A stretch of 64,000 bases of DNA, taken from Macrostomum lignano (taxonomy: Eukaryota). Under the pieces are notes generated by a model. That model was not told the origin of the DNA, ran no database searches, and saw only the letters and a list, made by a program, of their open reading frames with translations. The stretch is taken from assembly GCA_002269645.1 (NCBI GenBank), contig NIVC01001632.1:186001-250000 (forward strand), written 5' to 3'. Positions 47,701 through 59,690 of the stretch are shown one piece after another (position 1 is the first letter of the stretch; every line of letters starts with the position of its first letter). A program made the position numbers and the translations under genes.

Positions 47701-50700
47701 AGACGAGGGAGAGGTAGACAAAGGAGAGGTAGAGGAGACGAGGGAGAGGTAGACAAAGGAGAGGTAGAGGAGACGAGGGAGAGGTAGACAAAGGAGAGGT
47801 AGAGGAGACGAGGGAGAGGTAGACAAAGGAGAGGTAGAGGAGACAAAGGAGAGGTAGAGGAGGCAAATAAGAGGTAGAGGAGACATGAGAAGTAGAGGAG
47901 ACGAGGGAGAGGTAGAGGAGACATGAGAAGTAGAGGAGACAAAGGAGAGGTAGAGGAGACAGGAGAGGTAGAGGAGACAGGAGAGGTAGAGGAGACAGGA
48001 GAGGTAGAGGAGGCAAAGGAGAGGTAGAGGAGACAGGAGAGGTAGAGGAGACAGGAGAGGTAGAGGAGGAAAAGGAGAGGTAGAGGAGACAGGAGAGGTA
48101 GAGGAGACAGGAGAGGTAGAGGAGACAGGAGAGGTAGAGGAGGCAAAGGAGAGGTAGAGGAGGCAAATAAGAGATAGAGAAGGCAAAGGAGAGGTAGAGG
48201 AGACAGGAGAGGTAGAGAAGGCAAAGGAGAGGTAGAGGAGACAGGAGAGGTAGAGGAGGCAAAGGAGAGGTAGAGGAGACAGGAGAGGTAGAGGAGGCAA
48301 AGGAGAGGTAGAGGAGTGATTTCATACATGCGCAACTGCTGGCCGACCTGGCCGATCTGGCCACCGTAAATTGTGGTGGACCAGGGGTAAGTCGCAAAAA
48401 TGCCACCCCAAAGGATATGGACGTAGTACTAATTAGATGCCGAGGCATTTAGGCCTGATAAGACAGTCATAGTTACTCTTGCCGTTTACCCAAATAAGCG
48501 TTTATTTTGCTTTAGGGTTTCTTTCACAGGTAAGTCGCATTTTTGGTCAAAAAGTAAGTCGCATGGCCAGTTTAAATCTGGGGGGTTGCGCATGTATGAG
48601 TGATTTCCAATGGATGCAGACTAGTTAATCAGCAATGACAGCCGCTAGCCCACCCCCGAATCCAGACCGTATTCTCCTACGTGACCTCCCGGGACAAGCT
48701 GCTTCAGTTTCTGCGGCATCACTGGGAGAACTATTCAGAAGTTGATGAGGACTTTTGCTCGTCTGTGCAAGGCTCCAGCATCGATGAAGGACCTCTGGTG
48801 AGCTGTCAATTTAGACTGGAACCGGTTTAAACCGGATTGGAAAAGGAAAACTTTACTGCACATTTCAAGCAAATATAGTCGTCCCCTCTCTAGACAGCCA
48901 GCTTTAATAAGCTAGATACTCATATTTCCAACGGTGTCTGTACTTTTCTGTGCACAAGCTGACGCCTTTCGTGGGAGTATGGTTCTTTCTTCTACTAGTA
49001 GCAAAGAAATTTCCTTCTTCCTATTCCCTGCTCAGTGCTCACTAGTTTTCTTCCTTGGTCTAAGCTGACAATTGCCTTTAGAAATGCAAATTTGTGTGTG
49101 TGGGCGTTGCTGGGCAGCCTAGTTTCATAGGTTTCTTTGCTCAAATCAATAAATAATAGCGTCATTTGTACTCGGTCAGTGCAGGAAAACTTCTTTTTAG
49201 ACTGCCAACCTGTGTCTCGCGCCACCCCTTAACACTAGTTAGTACAGTAAGTAGGCGAGAGTAACTATACAATGATTTTAAAGGTGAAATGCCTCGTCAT
49301 CTAATTAGTTAGCCAATGTACTTTAGAACTGACATTGTAATAGCATTCTACTCTTAGGTGGAAAATCGAACATTTCCAAAACTTGCAAACTTAGTGTAGA
49401 TCTATAGAAACAGCACCATTTTTAATCAGCTCATTCTTTCGTTCTTCTTCTGTTAACTAAAAATTTTCACCCTCTCGACTACAAGTAAGCCAACACATGA
49501 GCTTCGGTCTTTAGCCTTCAGACCCGGGTTAACTCAGTCCAACAAGAGAGAGAAAGAAGCATTGGTTTGATTAGTTTTGATAAACGGGCTAGCTCAAAGC
49601 AGAGATAGCAGCAGCAGCAGCAGCAAGATTCTGTGAAGCAGTGGCAGACTGGCAGAGACTCGGTAAAATATTAATCTTGGTTGCCCTCCAACGACAGAGT
49701 GACTATTCGAGTTTACTATGCGCTTGTAGGTGCGCTATTTTTAGCGGTTACTTCTACAGTTCTGCCTACACAGGTACTTCTACGGTTCTACCCTACCTGC
49801 AGTTCAAGTTTAACAAAATGCGTCCTCTTATTGGCGCGTTCCTATGAACAAATGGCGCGTTCCTATGAACAAATGGCACCTTCCTATTAGCAAATGGCGC
49901 CTTCTTATTAATAAATGGCACCTTCTTATTAACAAATGGCGCCTTCGTATTAACAAATGGCGCGTCCCTATTAACAAATGGTGCCTTCCTTTTAACAAAT
50001 GGCGCCTTCTTATTAACAAATGGTGCCTTCCTTTTAACAAATGGCACCTTCCTATTAACAAATGGCACCTTCCTATTAACAAATGGTGCCTTCCTTTTAA
50101 CAAATGGCACCTTCCTATTAACAAATGGCACCTTCCTATTAACAAATGGTGCCTTCCTTTTAACAAATGGCACCTTCCTATTAACAAATGGCACCTTCCT
50201 ATTAACAAATGGTGCCTTCCTTTTAACATATGGTGCCTTCCTATATTTTAACAAATGGCATCTTCTTATTAACAAATGGCGCCTTCCTATTAACAAATGG
50301 TGCCTTCCTTTTAACAAATGGCACCTTCCTATTAACAAATGTTATTAACAAATGCCTATAGGCAAGTGACATGCTCCAATTAACAAATGGCACCGTGTTC
50401 TTAAGCAACAAACAAGCAACAATTGGCTCCCTCCCTCTGGAAACCCGCTGGCAGGACGGCGGCCAGGCCAGCAGCCGGGAGGCCTCGGTGCTGAACGACG
50501 AGGACAGCGGCATCCTGGTGACCCCTTCGATGGCCACCTCAGCCAGCGCCGCCGGCAGACCGGCAGCATCGGCCGCGGCTGCTGTTGGATCCAGCAGTGC
50601 CGTGTCGGCCGTCGATTCGACCACGTCGGCGTCTGGGCCGACTGAGAGCTCGGCTAGCGGCGATGAAGCCGCGGCTGACGAGCGCGGATTCTGTGAGTGT

Positions 50701-52858
50701 TTTTGAGTGAATCGTTTATTAACGAAAGGTTTTGTGCCATCTGGAATAGAAGATTTTAGGTTCGTGAACCTTAAATCACAGGATCGTGAATCTTCAAAAG
50801 ATTGTGAATCACAGGATCGTGAATCTTGAGAATTATAATAAGATTGTGAATCATAAGAATCACAGGATCGTGAATCTTGAGAATCATGATAAGATTGTGA
50901 ATCATGAGAATCACAGGATCGTGAATCTTGAGAATCATAATAAGATTGTGAATCATGAGAATCACAGAATCGTGTATCTTGAGAATCATAATAAGATTGT
51001 GAATCATGAGAATCACAGAATCGTGTATCTTGAGAATCATAATAAGATTGTGAATCATGAGAATCACAGAATCGTGTATCTTGAGAATCATAATGAGATT
51101 GTGAATCATGAGAATGATAAGATTGTGAATCATGAGGATCACAGGATCGTCAATCTTGAGAAGCATAAGATTGTGAATCATGAATCCGTGAATCCTCTAG
51201 AATTGTGAATCCTCTGGGATTGTGAATCCTCTAGGATTGTGAATCCTCTAGGATTGTGAATCCTCTAGGATTGTGAATCCTCTAGGATTGTGAATCCTCT
51301 AGGATTGTGAATCCTCTAGGATTGTGAATCCTCTAGGATTGTGAATCCTCTAGGATTGTGAATCCTCTAGGATTGTGAATCCTCTAGGATTGTGAATCCT
51401 CTAGGATTGTGAATCCTCTAGGATTGTGAATCCTCTAGGATTGTGAATCCTCTAGGATTGTGAATCCTCTAGGATTGTGAATCCTCTAGGATTGTGAATC
51501 CTCTAGGATTGTGAATCCTCTAGGATTGTAAATCCTCTAGGATTGTGAATCCTCTAGGATTGTGAATCCTCTAGGATTGTGAATCCTCTAGGATTGTGAA
51601 TCCTCTAGGATCGTCAAGCATTACATTTCGCCCGTTCCCACAGATGCGGACCGTCGGCCGCAGCCGAGTCCCGGCCGGTCGAGTCGCTCCCGCTGGCAGT
51701 CCCTGCTGGCTGACTGGGACCGCCTGCCCAACAGACACGCGCTCACCGTTATCGCTTTTTTGTAAGCTGGCAGATTCGGTGTTGACACCTTTGTGGGCCT
51801 CCCCGATCCTTCAGCTGCCACTCCCTCCCTCCCCGATCCTTCAGCTGCCACCCCCTCCCTCCCCGATCCTTCAGCTGCCACCCCCTCCCCGATCCTTCAG
51901 CTGCCACCCCCTCCCTCCCCGATCCTTCAGCTGCCACCCCCTCCCCGATCCTTCAGCTGCCACCCCTCCCCGATCCCTCAGCTGCCACCCCTCCCCGATC
52001 CCTCAGCTGCCACCCCTCCCCGATCCTTCAGCTGCCACCCCTCCCCGATCCTTCAGCTGCCACCCCTCCCCGATCCCTCAGCTGCCACCCCTCCCCGATC
52101 CTTCAGCTGCCACCCCTCCCCGATCCCTCAGCTGCCACCCCTCCCCGATCCCTCAGCTGCCACCCCTCCCCGATCCTTCAGCTGCCACCCCTCCCCGATC
52201 CCTCAGCTGCCACCCCTCCCCGATCCCTCAGCTGCCACCCCTCCCCGATCCTTCAGCGAGAGTTGCCAGCCCCTCGCATTCCGCCTATATCCCGCTGCCA
52301 ATGAAAGCATCCGACGTCACCCGCAATCTGTACTTCCAGTGTCCTGCTCTGCGCCATTGTCATCGTGTACCTGAGCTACCGGTTGAATTCGTTGCAGCAG
52401 CAGCTTCTCCTAGTTGTCTCCATGCGATCGGGGCACGGGTAAGAAAACAATTTTGAATTGTTTGAAAGCCGAAATCGTCAATTCTAGGTATCGAAAATCC
52501 CAACTCAGCAATCTCATATCCCAACTCAGCAATCGAATATCCCAACTCAGCAATCGAATATCCCAACTCAGCAATCGAATATCCCAACTCAGCAATCGAA
52601 TATCCCAACTCAGCAATCGAATATCTCAACTCAGCAATGGAATTGTTCACTCACCACCAAGAATCCAGCATTACATATTTTGATATATTTTCAAATATTA
52701 TTGTACGTGGCATCCCACTGCAATCCCGCAGCCAGTCAGAGGTGGACCATCTGAACTATCGGCTGGGCAGCATTGTTGAAACTCTGGGCGGCCTGCAGGA
52801 GAAGCTGGGCAGCCTGCGGCACCTGCTTCACAATCTAAGGCCTGCAGACAATCGATAG
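44790..52858 (+). CDS. GRAM-domain + C-terminal TM + coiled-coil protein (GRAMD2-like, no VASt/StART-like domain seen). Secure exons: ~46173..46314, 46690..46793, 46905..47006, 48666..48797, 50455..50692, 51644..51761, 52340..52438, 52732..52858. Tentative: 44790..44949, 46111 acceptor, 49609..49662
   Basis: Spliced GRAM fold: KICTFPCFLVAEILIQGTMTVTQRHICFNSNIPGLKRN|IKIRFADVVQLSKEKVYAFFPTGIGVHT...|TVFSYVTSRDKLLQFLRHHW. The TM segment ALTVIAF|FVLLCAIVIVYLSYRLNSLQQQ assembles across a phase-2 intron, and the last exon is a coiled coil. Phases are consistent; the 5' end is uncertain. Confidence 0.8.
47065..48315. repeat. Polypurine minisatellite GAGAGGTAGAGGAGAC (GRAM gene intron)
   Basis: Tandem variants. 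Confidence 0.95.
49840..50400. repeat. 21-bp minisatellite TTAACAAATGGCACCTTCCTA (GRAM gene intron)
   Basis: Tandem copies. Confidence 0.9.
50770..51610. repeat. Compound minisatellite (GATTGTGAATCATGAGAATC..., then 17-bp GGATTGTGAATCCTCTA)
   Basis: Two adjacent related arrays in a GRAM gene intron. Confidence 0.95.
51800..52257. repeat. ~23-bp minisatellite CCCCGATCCTTCAGCTGCCACCC (GRAM gene intron)
   Basis: About 20 copies. Confidence 0.95.
52495..52640. repeat. 21-bp minisatellite TCCCAACTCAGCAATCGAATA (last GRAM intron)
   Basis: About 6-7 copies. Confidence 0.9.
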
Positions 52859-54484
52859 GGTGGTTGCGGCCCAGTGTTGCTAATCCCAGCCAATTGCAAT
52901 TGAGCTCAGTTATCTACACAGTCGAATAAGTTCTCATTCTAGTAGAAGTCTTATCCGGTGCCCCCAATGGTTGATTTGTTCGCTAAGATATTCCCCGGGT
53001 CTGGCGTATTCGCAGTTCAATTGCGTTTTAATTGTTAGGTAAATTTGAATTCGCGCCAAAATGGGAGGATTATTTTTAAACGCAATTTTTTCATCTAAAT
53101 TTGCTTTAAACCGCTTTGAATAATGTTTGATGTTTTATTAATAATTTGTCACTGGAAGTCTGTCACTGGAAAACGTAGAATTCTATGTGGAAAATATTTC
53201 CGGGTTTTGGCGCGAATTCGAATATCTGTTTACGATTAAGCCAACGATCTGAACGTTTGTCGATAGAGGCATACGCGTTATTTTTCACGTATCAATAATT
53301 TTGCCGCCCCTCAGTTCCTCTGGTGGTATATTTCCATTTTGTTCAAGTCTTTGTACAGAAATTGAATTGGCCTTGTTTTCTTTTTGTTTTTAAAGCAACT
53401 CTTAATCCAGGTAAATGGTAGGGTTGCCGTTGTTTTTAATCTGCCTAAAAGCACACTGCGCCAGTTAAAAGATGCTTCTTATGTTAATTACTCAACAGGT
53501 TGCAATGCAATTAGTGCATTTTCTTGTGTCAAAAATATCGATTGAATATTTATTGAACTTCGAGCCAATTCTGCGGCCGCCACACGTGTACACTTTTGCG
53601 CACGAGTCAATAAGTCACAATGTACTGCTGAGTATGGTGAGTCTTGTCGCCTTTGGCTGTTATGCCGAACTGCAACAATGCTAATTCTAGAGTGCTAATT
53701 TTCATAATATGCCTAAATACAAGTGCTTTATATTAATCTGCTGCAGGGCTTGTAGATCTTTCAAATACTGTTGCTGTCATTTCGGCTGCTTTATTTCTTT
53801 TCTTCAAGATCATCGCTATAAACTGTGCAAAAATTCTGCATTTAGGGACTAGTGATGAAGGAAAACAGTACAGGTCCTCAAGGGCTGCCAATTGGGTTCC
53901 TAAATCCGTGCTATGGTCTCCAAGGGTCAGGGCCTGTGAGGTAGTCAGAGTTTCTGCATGATGTCGTCAGGGTCTCTGATGGTGCCAGAGTCTGCATGAT
54001 GGTGTCAGGGTCTCTACATGATGGTGTCAGGGTCTCTGCATGATGGTGTCAGGGTCTCTGCATGATGGTGTCGGAGTATTTGATGTCGGGGTATTTGAGG
54101 GTGTCAGGGGTCTCTGATGGTGTCGGGGTATTTGAGGGTGTCAGGGTCTGAGGGTGTCGGGGTATTTGAGGGTGTCAGGGTCTGAGGGTGTCGGGTATTT
54201 GAGGGTGTCAGCTAGTAGGGCCTCGATCTACTAAATGGTGTCTCACGGCATAGAGACACTTGATAACAAGTGCAAAGAATTACATGATAGGCTGTTGTAC
54301 ATGTGTATTTTAACACTGTTTAGATCGGATAGGTTTGTACATGTAAGATAGTTCTTTCTTTATACACTACTGTTAGTAGATGAATTCGATCGAAAAACAT
54401 CGCGATTCATATGGACCAGTTGAATGCTAACTTCGATCAGAAGAGTGCAATTGATAAAAAATAGATTGAAAGTGGCCGCACAGG

Positions 54485-57400
54485 CTACTCGTTGTCAACA
54501 AGGGCAGCTGAGAACTCCTCGTAGTTGATCATCCCGTCGCCGTTGATGTCGGCAGCTGCGATCATCTCGTTGGCCTCCTCGAGAGTCATTCTGTCGCCGC
54601 GGGTGGTCAGAATAGTGCTGGAATGAAGTTGTGATAAGTACACAGTACATGCACATTGACCATGGGGAGTGGCACATACCAATAATTACGGTTAATTAAG
54701 GGTGTGGCGAACCAGCTAGCATCACTAAGCTCGGAGGGTGTGGCGAACCAGCTAGCATCACTACAGATCAGAGGGTGTGGCGGACCAGCTAGCATCACTA
54801 TAGACCGGAGGGTGTGGCGGACCAGCTAGCATCAACTGGAGACCGGAGGGTGTGGCGGACCAGCTAGCATCACTATAGACCGGAGGGTGTGGCGGACCAG
54901 CTAGCATCACTATAGACCGGAGGGTGTGGCGGACCAGCTAGCATCACTATAGACCGGAGGGTGTGGCGGACCAGCTAGCATCACTATAGACCGGAGGGTG
55001 TGGCGGACCAGCTAGCATCACTATAGACCGGAGGGTGTGGCGGACCAGCTAGCATCACTATAGACCGGAGGGTGTGGCGGACCAGCTAGCATCACTATAG
55101 ACCGGAGGGTGTGGCGGACCAGCTAGCATCACTATAGACCGGAGGGTGTGGCGGACCAGCTAGCATCAACTGGAGACCGGAGGGTGTGGCGGACCAGCTA
55201 GCATCAACTGGAGACCGGAGGGTGTGGCGGACCAGCTAGCATCACTATAGACCGGAGGGTGTGGCGGACCAGCTAGCATCACTATAGACCGGAGGGTGTA
55301 GCGGTCTGAATCCCCACAGTCAGTTCGATGCCGACAAGCAGCTGACCGCAGCTCGTCAACAGTGATGTAGCCCCGTTTCTGGGTGTCAAACACGAGAAAA
55401 GCGCTCCGAATTTCGTCCTTAGTGACCGGCTTATTGATGTGGCGAACCATCAGGTTGAGAAACTCCAAAAAGTCAAGGTTGCCGCTTCCTGAAGTTCAGT
55501 AGAGGTAAATGCGACACTGAGCTGACACAATAGATGTTAGATAGAAGCTATTCATTACGCCTGATGCCAAGAATTCATAGATAATTCATGCCAGACTGTT
55601 TCGGGTATTGCTCATTATTATGCATGCTCTCTTTCACTGAACAGAACTTGAGCCATGATCTCTCCATATATCTCTGCGATCAATCTATACATCTAGTGCG
55701 TCTGGAATTTACTAACACCTTTGAACTAATGCTATCACAGTTAAAACTCTAGTGTCAGCTTGCCGCGTGATTGAAGAGGCTTGTCCGGGTGTGCGAGAGC
55801 GAGAGTGAGTGAGTGAGAGATAGAGGTCTGAGGAAGCGAGTCTGTTTGCATCTTTAGAATGCTTACCAAGCAGCAATGAAGTTAAAAAAAACTCTGTAGG
55901 TAAGCTCAGCCTCATGTGATTACACCTTTCCTACTCTTTCACTCCTTCCTTTTCTTTCTCACGACTCTATTTCTCATCTATTTAATTCTCCCTTCCCCCT
56001 CGTTTTCCCCTTTTTCTCTCCCCTCTTTCCCTCCCCTCTGTCTCTCCCCTCTTTCCCTCCCCTCTGTCTCTCCCCTCTTTCCCTCTCCTCTGTCTCTCCC
56101 CTCTTTCACTCCCCTCTTTCTCTGCCCTCTGTCTCTCCCCTCTGTCTCTCCCCTCTGTCTCTCCCCTCTGTCTCTCCCCTCTTTCCCTCCCCTCTGTCTC
56201 TCCCCTCTTTCACTCCCCTCTTTCTCTCCCCTCTTTTTCTCCCCTCTGTCTCTCCCCTCTTTCTCTCCCCTCTGTCTCTCCCCTCTTTTTCTCCCCTCTG
56301 TCTCTCCCCTCTTTCTCTCCCCTCTGTCTCTCCCCTCTTTCTCTCCCCTCTGTCTCTTCCCTCTTTCCTTCCCCTCTCTTTCTCTCTCCTCTGGCTCTCC
56401 TCTCCTCTCCATCTCTCCCCTCTTTCTCTCCCCTCTTTTTCTCCCCTCTTTCTCTCTCCTCTTTCTCTCCCCTCTGTCTCTCCCCTCTTTCTCTCCCCTC
56501 TGTCTCTCCCCTCTTTTTCTCCCCTCTGTCTCTCCCCTCTTTCTCTCCCCTCTGTCTCTCCCCTCTTTCTCTCCCCTCTGTCTCTTCCCTCTTTCCTTCC
56601 CCTCTCTTTCTCTCTCCTCTGGCTCTCCTCTCCTCTCCATCTCTCCTCTCTTTCTCTCCCCTCTTTCTCTCCCCTCTGTCTTTCTTAAGTCTTTTTTATC
56701 TTTCTTCTGCTCTCTTGATAATCTCTTATATCCACTACTCTCTCTTGTCGCCTCTCAACTGTTACTCTCACATTTGCCTGCGCCAACTGTGGGCATGTAT
56801 ATACGAGACCCCCGTTATTATAAAAGAGCTGAACTTGTTTTTTTTTCATTTGCTTGATCGAAAGTCCCAGTTAGATTTACGGTAAGCTGGCCAGCACAGT
56901 AAGATAATCCGTGCCTTCATTAACAGCATTGCAGCCCTGGGGGCAAAGCTTTTAATACTGCTTGCCTTCATCGGCGGGAATCAGTTCAGCTTTTCAACAT
57001 TAAGTATATAAGTACTTGCTTTGTTGACAGGTGTATTTACGTGTGTATGACGTGAGTGAGTGAGTGGTGAGTGAGTGAGTGAGTGAGTGAGTGAGTGAGT
57101 GAGTGAGTGAGTGAGTGAGTGAGTGAGTGAGTGAGTGAGTGAGTGAGTGAGTGAGTGAGTGAGTGAGTGAGTGAGTGAGTGAGTGTCTGAGTGAGTGAGT
57201 GAGTGAGTGAGTGAGTGAGTGAGTGAGTGAGTGAGTGAGTTAGTGAGTGAGTGAGTGAGTGAGTGAGTTAGTGAGTTAGTGAGTGAGTGAGTGAGTGAGT
57301 GAGTGAGTGAGTGAGTGAGTGAGTGAGTGAGTGAGTGAGTGAGTGAGTGAGTGAGTGAGTGAGTGAGTGAGCGGTGAGTGAGTGAGTGAGTGAGTGAGTG

Positions 57401-58838
57401 AGTGAGTGAGTGAGTGAGTTAGTGAGTGAGTGAGTTAGTGAGTGAGTGAGCGAGTGATGAGTGAGTGAGCGAGTGATGAGTGAGTGACTGAGTGACTGAG
57501 TGACTGAGTGACTGAGTGAGCGCACTTTTTGCGGCTAACCCAGACCAGACTGACAACAAACATAAGAGCAAAATTTCATCACAATTGCTAATGGGAATAA
57601 TCTTTCACGCTGTTAGTTTCCCATCTGTCAGCATTGCTGCCTTGTAACCGAAAACTAACGAATGCTTTAGAAACATGAGATGCGGCATTTTTCAGCCAAT
57701 TTCTTTGTCCATCAAATTTCCCGTTTTGGAAATCCCTCCCCTCTTGCTTTCATGCTAATTTCGCTGCCGTGTTATTCTGCTACATGGGTGGACCGCGATC
57801 CGAGGCTGAAGATGAAGGAATTTGTTGAATCAAATTTCACAGCTTCTGCGTGTGTATTGTTTGATAAAATTCTCCCGCTACTACCCGCTGCCTGCGTTCA
57901 GTTTCTTGAGCAGAGGAGAGACAGTTCCTGCTCGATCTTCTTCAACTATCCCATTTTCATCTTGGGCTTGTGTCCGACTCTCTCATTGAAATAAGTTTTA
58001 GAGTGACCGGGACCTTCACCGGGTGTCCGAGACCTTATGTGTCCGAAACTGTTACGGTACGTCCAAGACTTTTACGAATAGCTAAGACTATTCCGGGTTG
58101 TCCGAGACTGTTTTGGAGTGTCCGAGACTGTTATGGAGTGTCAGAGACTGTTATGGAGTGTCCGAGACTGTTATGGAGTGTCCGAGACTGTTTTGGACTG
58201 TCCGAGATCGTATCAAGGTGTTCGATGCTGTAGCAGGTTGTCTGAGACATATTATGTGGTGTCCGAGACTTTTATCACGGTGTCCAAGACTGTCCCGGAG
58301 TGTCGAAGACTGCTATGTTGCTTGGTCCGAGATTGTCGCAGGTCTGGCAGTTTCGTGGATGTCTGAGTCTTTCAGGGAGTGTCTGAGGCTGTCAGGGAGT
58401 TCTGAGGCTGTTACAGGGTGTCTGTGGCTGTCAGGGAGTGTCTGGGGCTGTCAGGGAGTGTCTGGGGCTGTCGGGGAGTGTCTGGGGCTGTCAGGGAATG
58501 TCTGGGGCTGTCAGGGAGTGTCTGGGGCTGTTACGGAGCGTTATAATTGCATACATGTAGTAACAGACAGCCACGAACTCTTATAAAGTCACATCTCCGC
58601 AAATCTTACGGTCCTCGTCCACCTGTCTGATGAGCACGTCAAGGTCGTCCTCCCTGACGTGCAGGCCCATGGAGGTCATGATGTCGGACAGCTCAGCGAT
58701 GTCAATTGTCCCGCTGCCGTCGTGGTCGTAGCGCTGGAACGCTTCGAAGTATTCGATCATCTGCTCGCGACTGAGCTCCCGGAGCAGGTCTTCTTCCAGG
58801 GTGCTTCCCGAGCTTTTTTCTTTTCTCCGTCGGCTCAT
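54485..58838 (-). CDS. Calmodulin-like four-EF-hand protein; complement join(58838..58610,55488..55347,54617..54485), 167 aa; possible N-terminal extension from exons 59829..59757 and 59083..58996
   Basis: EF loops DHDGSGTIDIAE, DEDRSGNLDFLE (assembled across a phase-1 intron), DTQKRGYITVDE and DINGDGMINYEE. GT-AG introns are phase-consistent (504 nt). Confidence 0.88.
54700..55300. repeat. 37-bp minisatellite (last intron of the calmodulin-like gene)
   Basis: Tandem GGAGGGTGTGGCGGACCAGCTAGCATCACTATAGACC. Confidence 0.95.
55990..56690. repeat. CT-rich minisatellite CTCTCCCCTCTGT
   Basis: Tandem variants. Confidence 0.95.
57050..57525. repeat. (GAGT)n microsatellite
   Basis: Tandem array. 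Confidence 0.95.
58090..58535. repeat. Degenerate 20-bp minisatellite GTGTCCGAGACTGTTATGGA / GTGTCTGGGGCTGTCAGGGA
   Basis: Degenerate tandem copies. Confidence 0.8.
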
Positions 58839-59169
58839 TTCGCTCTGATCGATGGCCTCAGATTTTCTCAGACTGCTGTGAGCACGGCTGACTGTCAAAC
58901 ACAGTTGGAGTCTGGGGCTGATATAGCGAGTGCCTTTGTTTGCTCAGCACAGCGCCTCAGTGCCCTCTGCATTCGCAGCGCACTACGATAATTACGAGTC
59001 ATTGGTTTGGAGTTTTGATGCGCTGACCACTGAGTTATCTGCTCTGTTTGCTGTTTGCCCTGCCTTCTCTTTCTCGAGTGCTGCTGAGAGCAGTGAGAAT
59101 ATAGAAAATTGAATTATAATATGAGCTGAATTCGAAATTTTGAGTTTTGGGTATTGGCATTTTGGATGT

Positions 59170-59690
59170 GATATTTGGGTATGGGAATTAGAGTATGGGA
59201 ATTAGGGTGTTGGAATTAGGGTATGGGAATTAGGGTGTTGGAATTAGGGTATGGGAATTAGGGTATGGGAATCAGGGTATGGGAATCAGGGTATGGGAAT
59301 CAGGGTATGGGAATTAGGGTATGGGAATTAGGGTATGGGAATTAGGGTATGGGAATTAGGGTATGGGAATTAGGGTATGGGAATCAGGGTATGGGAATCA
59401 GGGTATGGGAATCAGGGTATGGGAATTAGGGTATGGGAATCAGGGTATGGGAATTAGGGTATGGGAATTAGGGTATGGGAATTAGGGTATGGGAATTAGG
59501 GTATGGGAATTAGGGTATGGGAATTAGGGTACGGGAATTAGGGTATGGGAATTAGGGTATGGGAATTAGGGTATGGGAATCAGGGTATGGGAATCAGGGT
59601 ATGGGAATCAGGGTATGGGAATTAGGGTATGGGAATTAGGGTATGGGAATTAGGGTATGGGAATTAGGGTATGGGAATCAGGGTAAGGGA
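59170..59690 (+). repeat. 14-bp G-rich minisatellite GGGTATGGGAATTA
   Basis: About 35 copies. Confidence 0.95.

Noticed and set aside
48310-48570. Possible GRAM-gene exon ending at GGGG|GTAAGT and repeated GTAAGTCGCA donors
   Set aside because: The GRAM fold is completed correctly by joining 47006 to 48666, and the candidate frames here add no domain-like sequence.
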